From Bacteroidales bacterium (lineage in GTDB: Bacteria; Bacteroidota; Bacteroidia; Bacteroidales; BM520): a stretch of DNA of 64,000 bases. Numbering within the stretch: the first letter of the stretch is position 1; every line of letters begins with the position of its first letter. Position numbers and translations under genes: made by a program. Shown here piece after piece: positions 62,568-64,000 of this stretch. The DNA lies in assembly GCA_050953245.1 (NCBI GenBank), contig JBMNMG010000006.1, positions 2,821 through 66,820 of the forward strand, in the 5' to 3' direction. Below the pieces are notes generated by a model. The model saw only the letters and a list, made by a program, of their open reading frames with translations, was not told where the DNA came from and did not search any database.

Positions 62568-63593
62568 TTATTCTTCGATTATTGTAATCCAATTGTGTTC
62601 ATCTTTATAATCACCATATTGGATTGAAGTAAGTCTTTCGTACATTTTTTGTACAAATAGGACCTGCTTTACCATCTTTACTAAATACATAGGTTTTATC
62701 TTCATCTCTATCATATAACTCACCGATAGGAGAAATTACAGCAGCTGTACCGCAAGCACCTGCTTCTTCAAAAGTACCAACTTCTTCGAATGGAACACGA
62801 CGTTCTTCTACTTCTAATCCTAAATCCTTAGCGATTTGTTTTAAACTTAAGTTAGTAATTGAAGGTAAAATTGAGTGAGATTTTGGAGTAACGTAGGTAT
62901 TATTTTTAATACCAAAGAAGTTTGCCGGACCTGCTTCGTCTATGTATTTCTTTTCCTTAGCATCTAAGAATAATACGGTTGAATAACCTTCTTTAGAAGC
63001 TCTAACTGCAGATGCTAAACTTGCAGCGTAGTTAGACCACCAACTTTAATGTGACCGGTTCCAAGTGGAGCAGCTCTATCATAATCACGAACTACTTGAA
63101 CTTTTACAGGTTTAAAACCTTCTTTAAAGTAAGGACCTACCGGAGTCACAAAGATAATTAGGCAATATTCTTTTGCAGGGCTTACACCAACTTGTGCACT
63201 TGTACCAATTAATAAAGGTCTAACATAAAGTGATGCACCTGTTCCATGAGGAGGTATAAATTTTTTATTTAATAAAATTACTTTACGTAAAGCTTCAAAG
63301 AAAAGCTCTTCAGGAATTTCTGCCATCATAATTCCACGAGCGGAACTATTGATACGTTTCCAGTTTTCTTCCCATCTAAATAATCTAATTTTACCGTCTT
63401 TTCCCATATAAGCTTTCATACCTTCAAAAGCTTCTTGACCATAATGAAGGCAAGTTGCAGCCATGTGCATAGGTATATATTCAGAAGAACAAACTTCTAA
63501 TTCACCCCATTTGCCATCTCTGTAAAAACATCTTACATTGTAATCGGTTTTGTAATAACCGAATGGTAAATTACGCCAATCTATATTATTCAT
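62568..63593 (-). pseudogene. ilvE: Branched-chain amino-acid aminotransferase with a 2-bp insertion
   Basis: LHYGQEAFEGMKAY...KVGG, two extra bases at 63034-63035, then NYAASL...IDEAGPANFF...ILPSIT...CGTAAVISPI to a stop at 62568. Confidence 0.9.
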
Positions 63594-63835
63594 AATTTAA
63601 AAATTTAAAAATTTATAATCATTATTTTATAATTAAAATAATCTATATTATCTTTTTGCGAAGATAATGATTTTTAACTTAAATGTTGCAATATTTATTA
63701 AAAGATTTTTATAAAAAAATTAATTATTAATACAAAAAGATAAAAAATATTTTTCATTATTATAATCTATTAATTCACTTTTGATTATAATATTATTATT
63801 TATTTTATTCTCAAAAATAAACATATTGTTATTAT

Positions 63836-64000
63836 CTAAATAAAAATTCTTAGTTTTTTTAGTTAAATTTTCACCTTCCATCTTAATAAAAGCCTCTTTG
63901 TATGACCAAATTTGAGTAAATTCTAAATCTTTATTGTAATTATCATTTACTAACTTATTATTAATCTGATTTATAGAGGTATTATTATTTATTCTATTAA
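63836..64000 (-). pseudogene. Possible 4'-phosphopantetheinyl transferase fragment, cut by the window edge
   Basis: FTQIWSYKEAFIKMEG fits the WxxKEA motif, but an in-frame stop lies near 63990. Confidence 0.4.

Overview
AT-rich chromosomal segment of a Bacteroidota (probably Bacteroidales) bacterium, judged from TAnnTTTG -7 promoter boxes, T9SS C-terminal domains and btuB/btuG genes. Most of it is housekeeping or envelope genes: a TonB receptor, relA/spoT, MsbA- and LolC/E-like transporters, rbfA, rnhB, purD, wzx-wzz-wzz-ligase, yggS, btuCDF, a glycogen cluster, cca, miaA, a cobalamin-riboswitch operon, tRNA-Gly, tRNA-Leu, xerD and a frameshifted ilvE. Two accessory regions stand out. (1) About 29.6-37.3 kb holds a WYL regulator, a DEDDh exonuclease and a PLD nuclease, followed by three decayed YD-like repeat units, a UDG-superfamily orphan and an intact IS3. 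A CATATG-N11-C(A/G)TATG box lies exactly 7 bp from the -7 promoter element upstream of both the WYL gene and the first repeat unit, suggesting a small WYL regulon. (2) At 59.1-60.3 kb a RAYT/Y1 HUH transposase gene is bounded by 20-bp inverted repeats, which are themselves flanked by a ~55-60 bp direct repeat containing the tRNA-operon terminator; this is not the usual architecture for HUH elements. All family assignments come from motif recognition by eye; no database searches were run.
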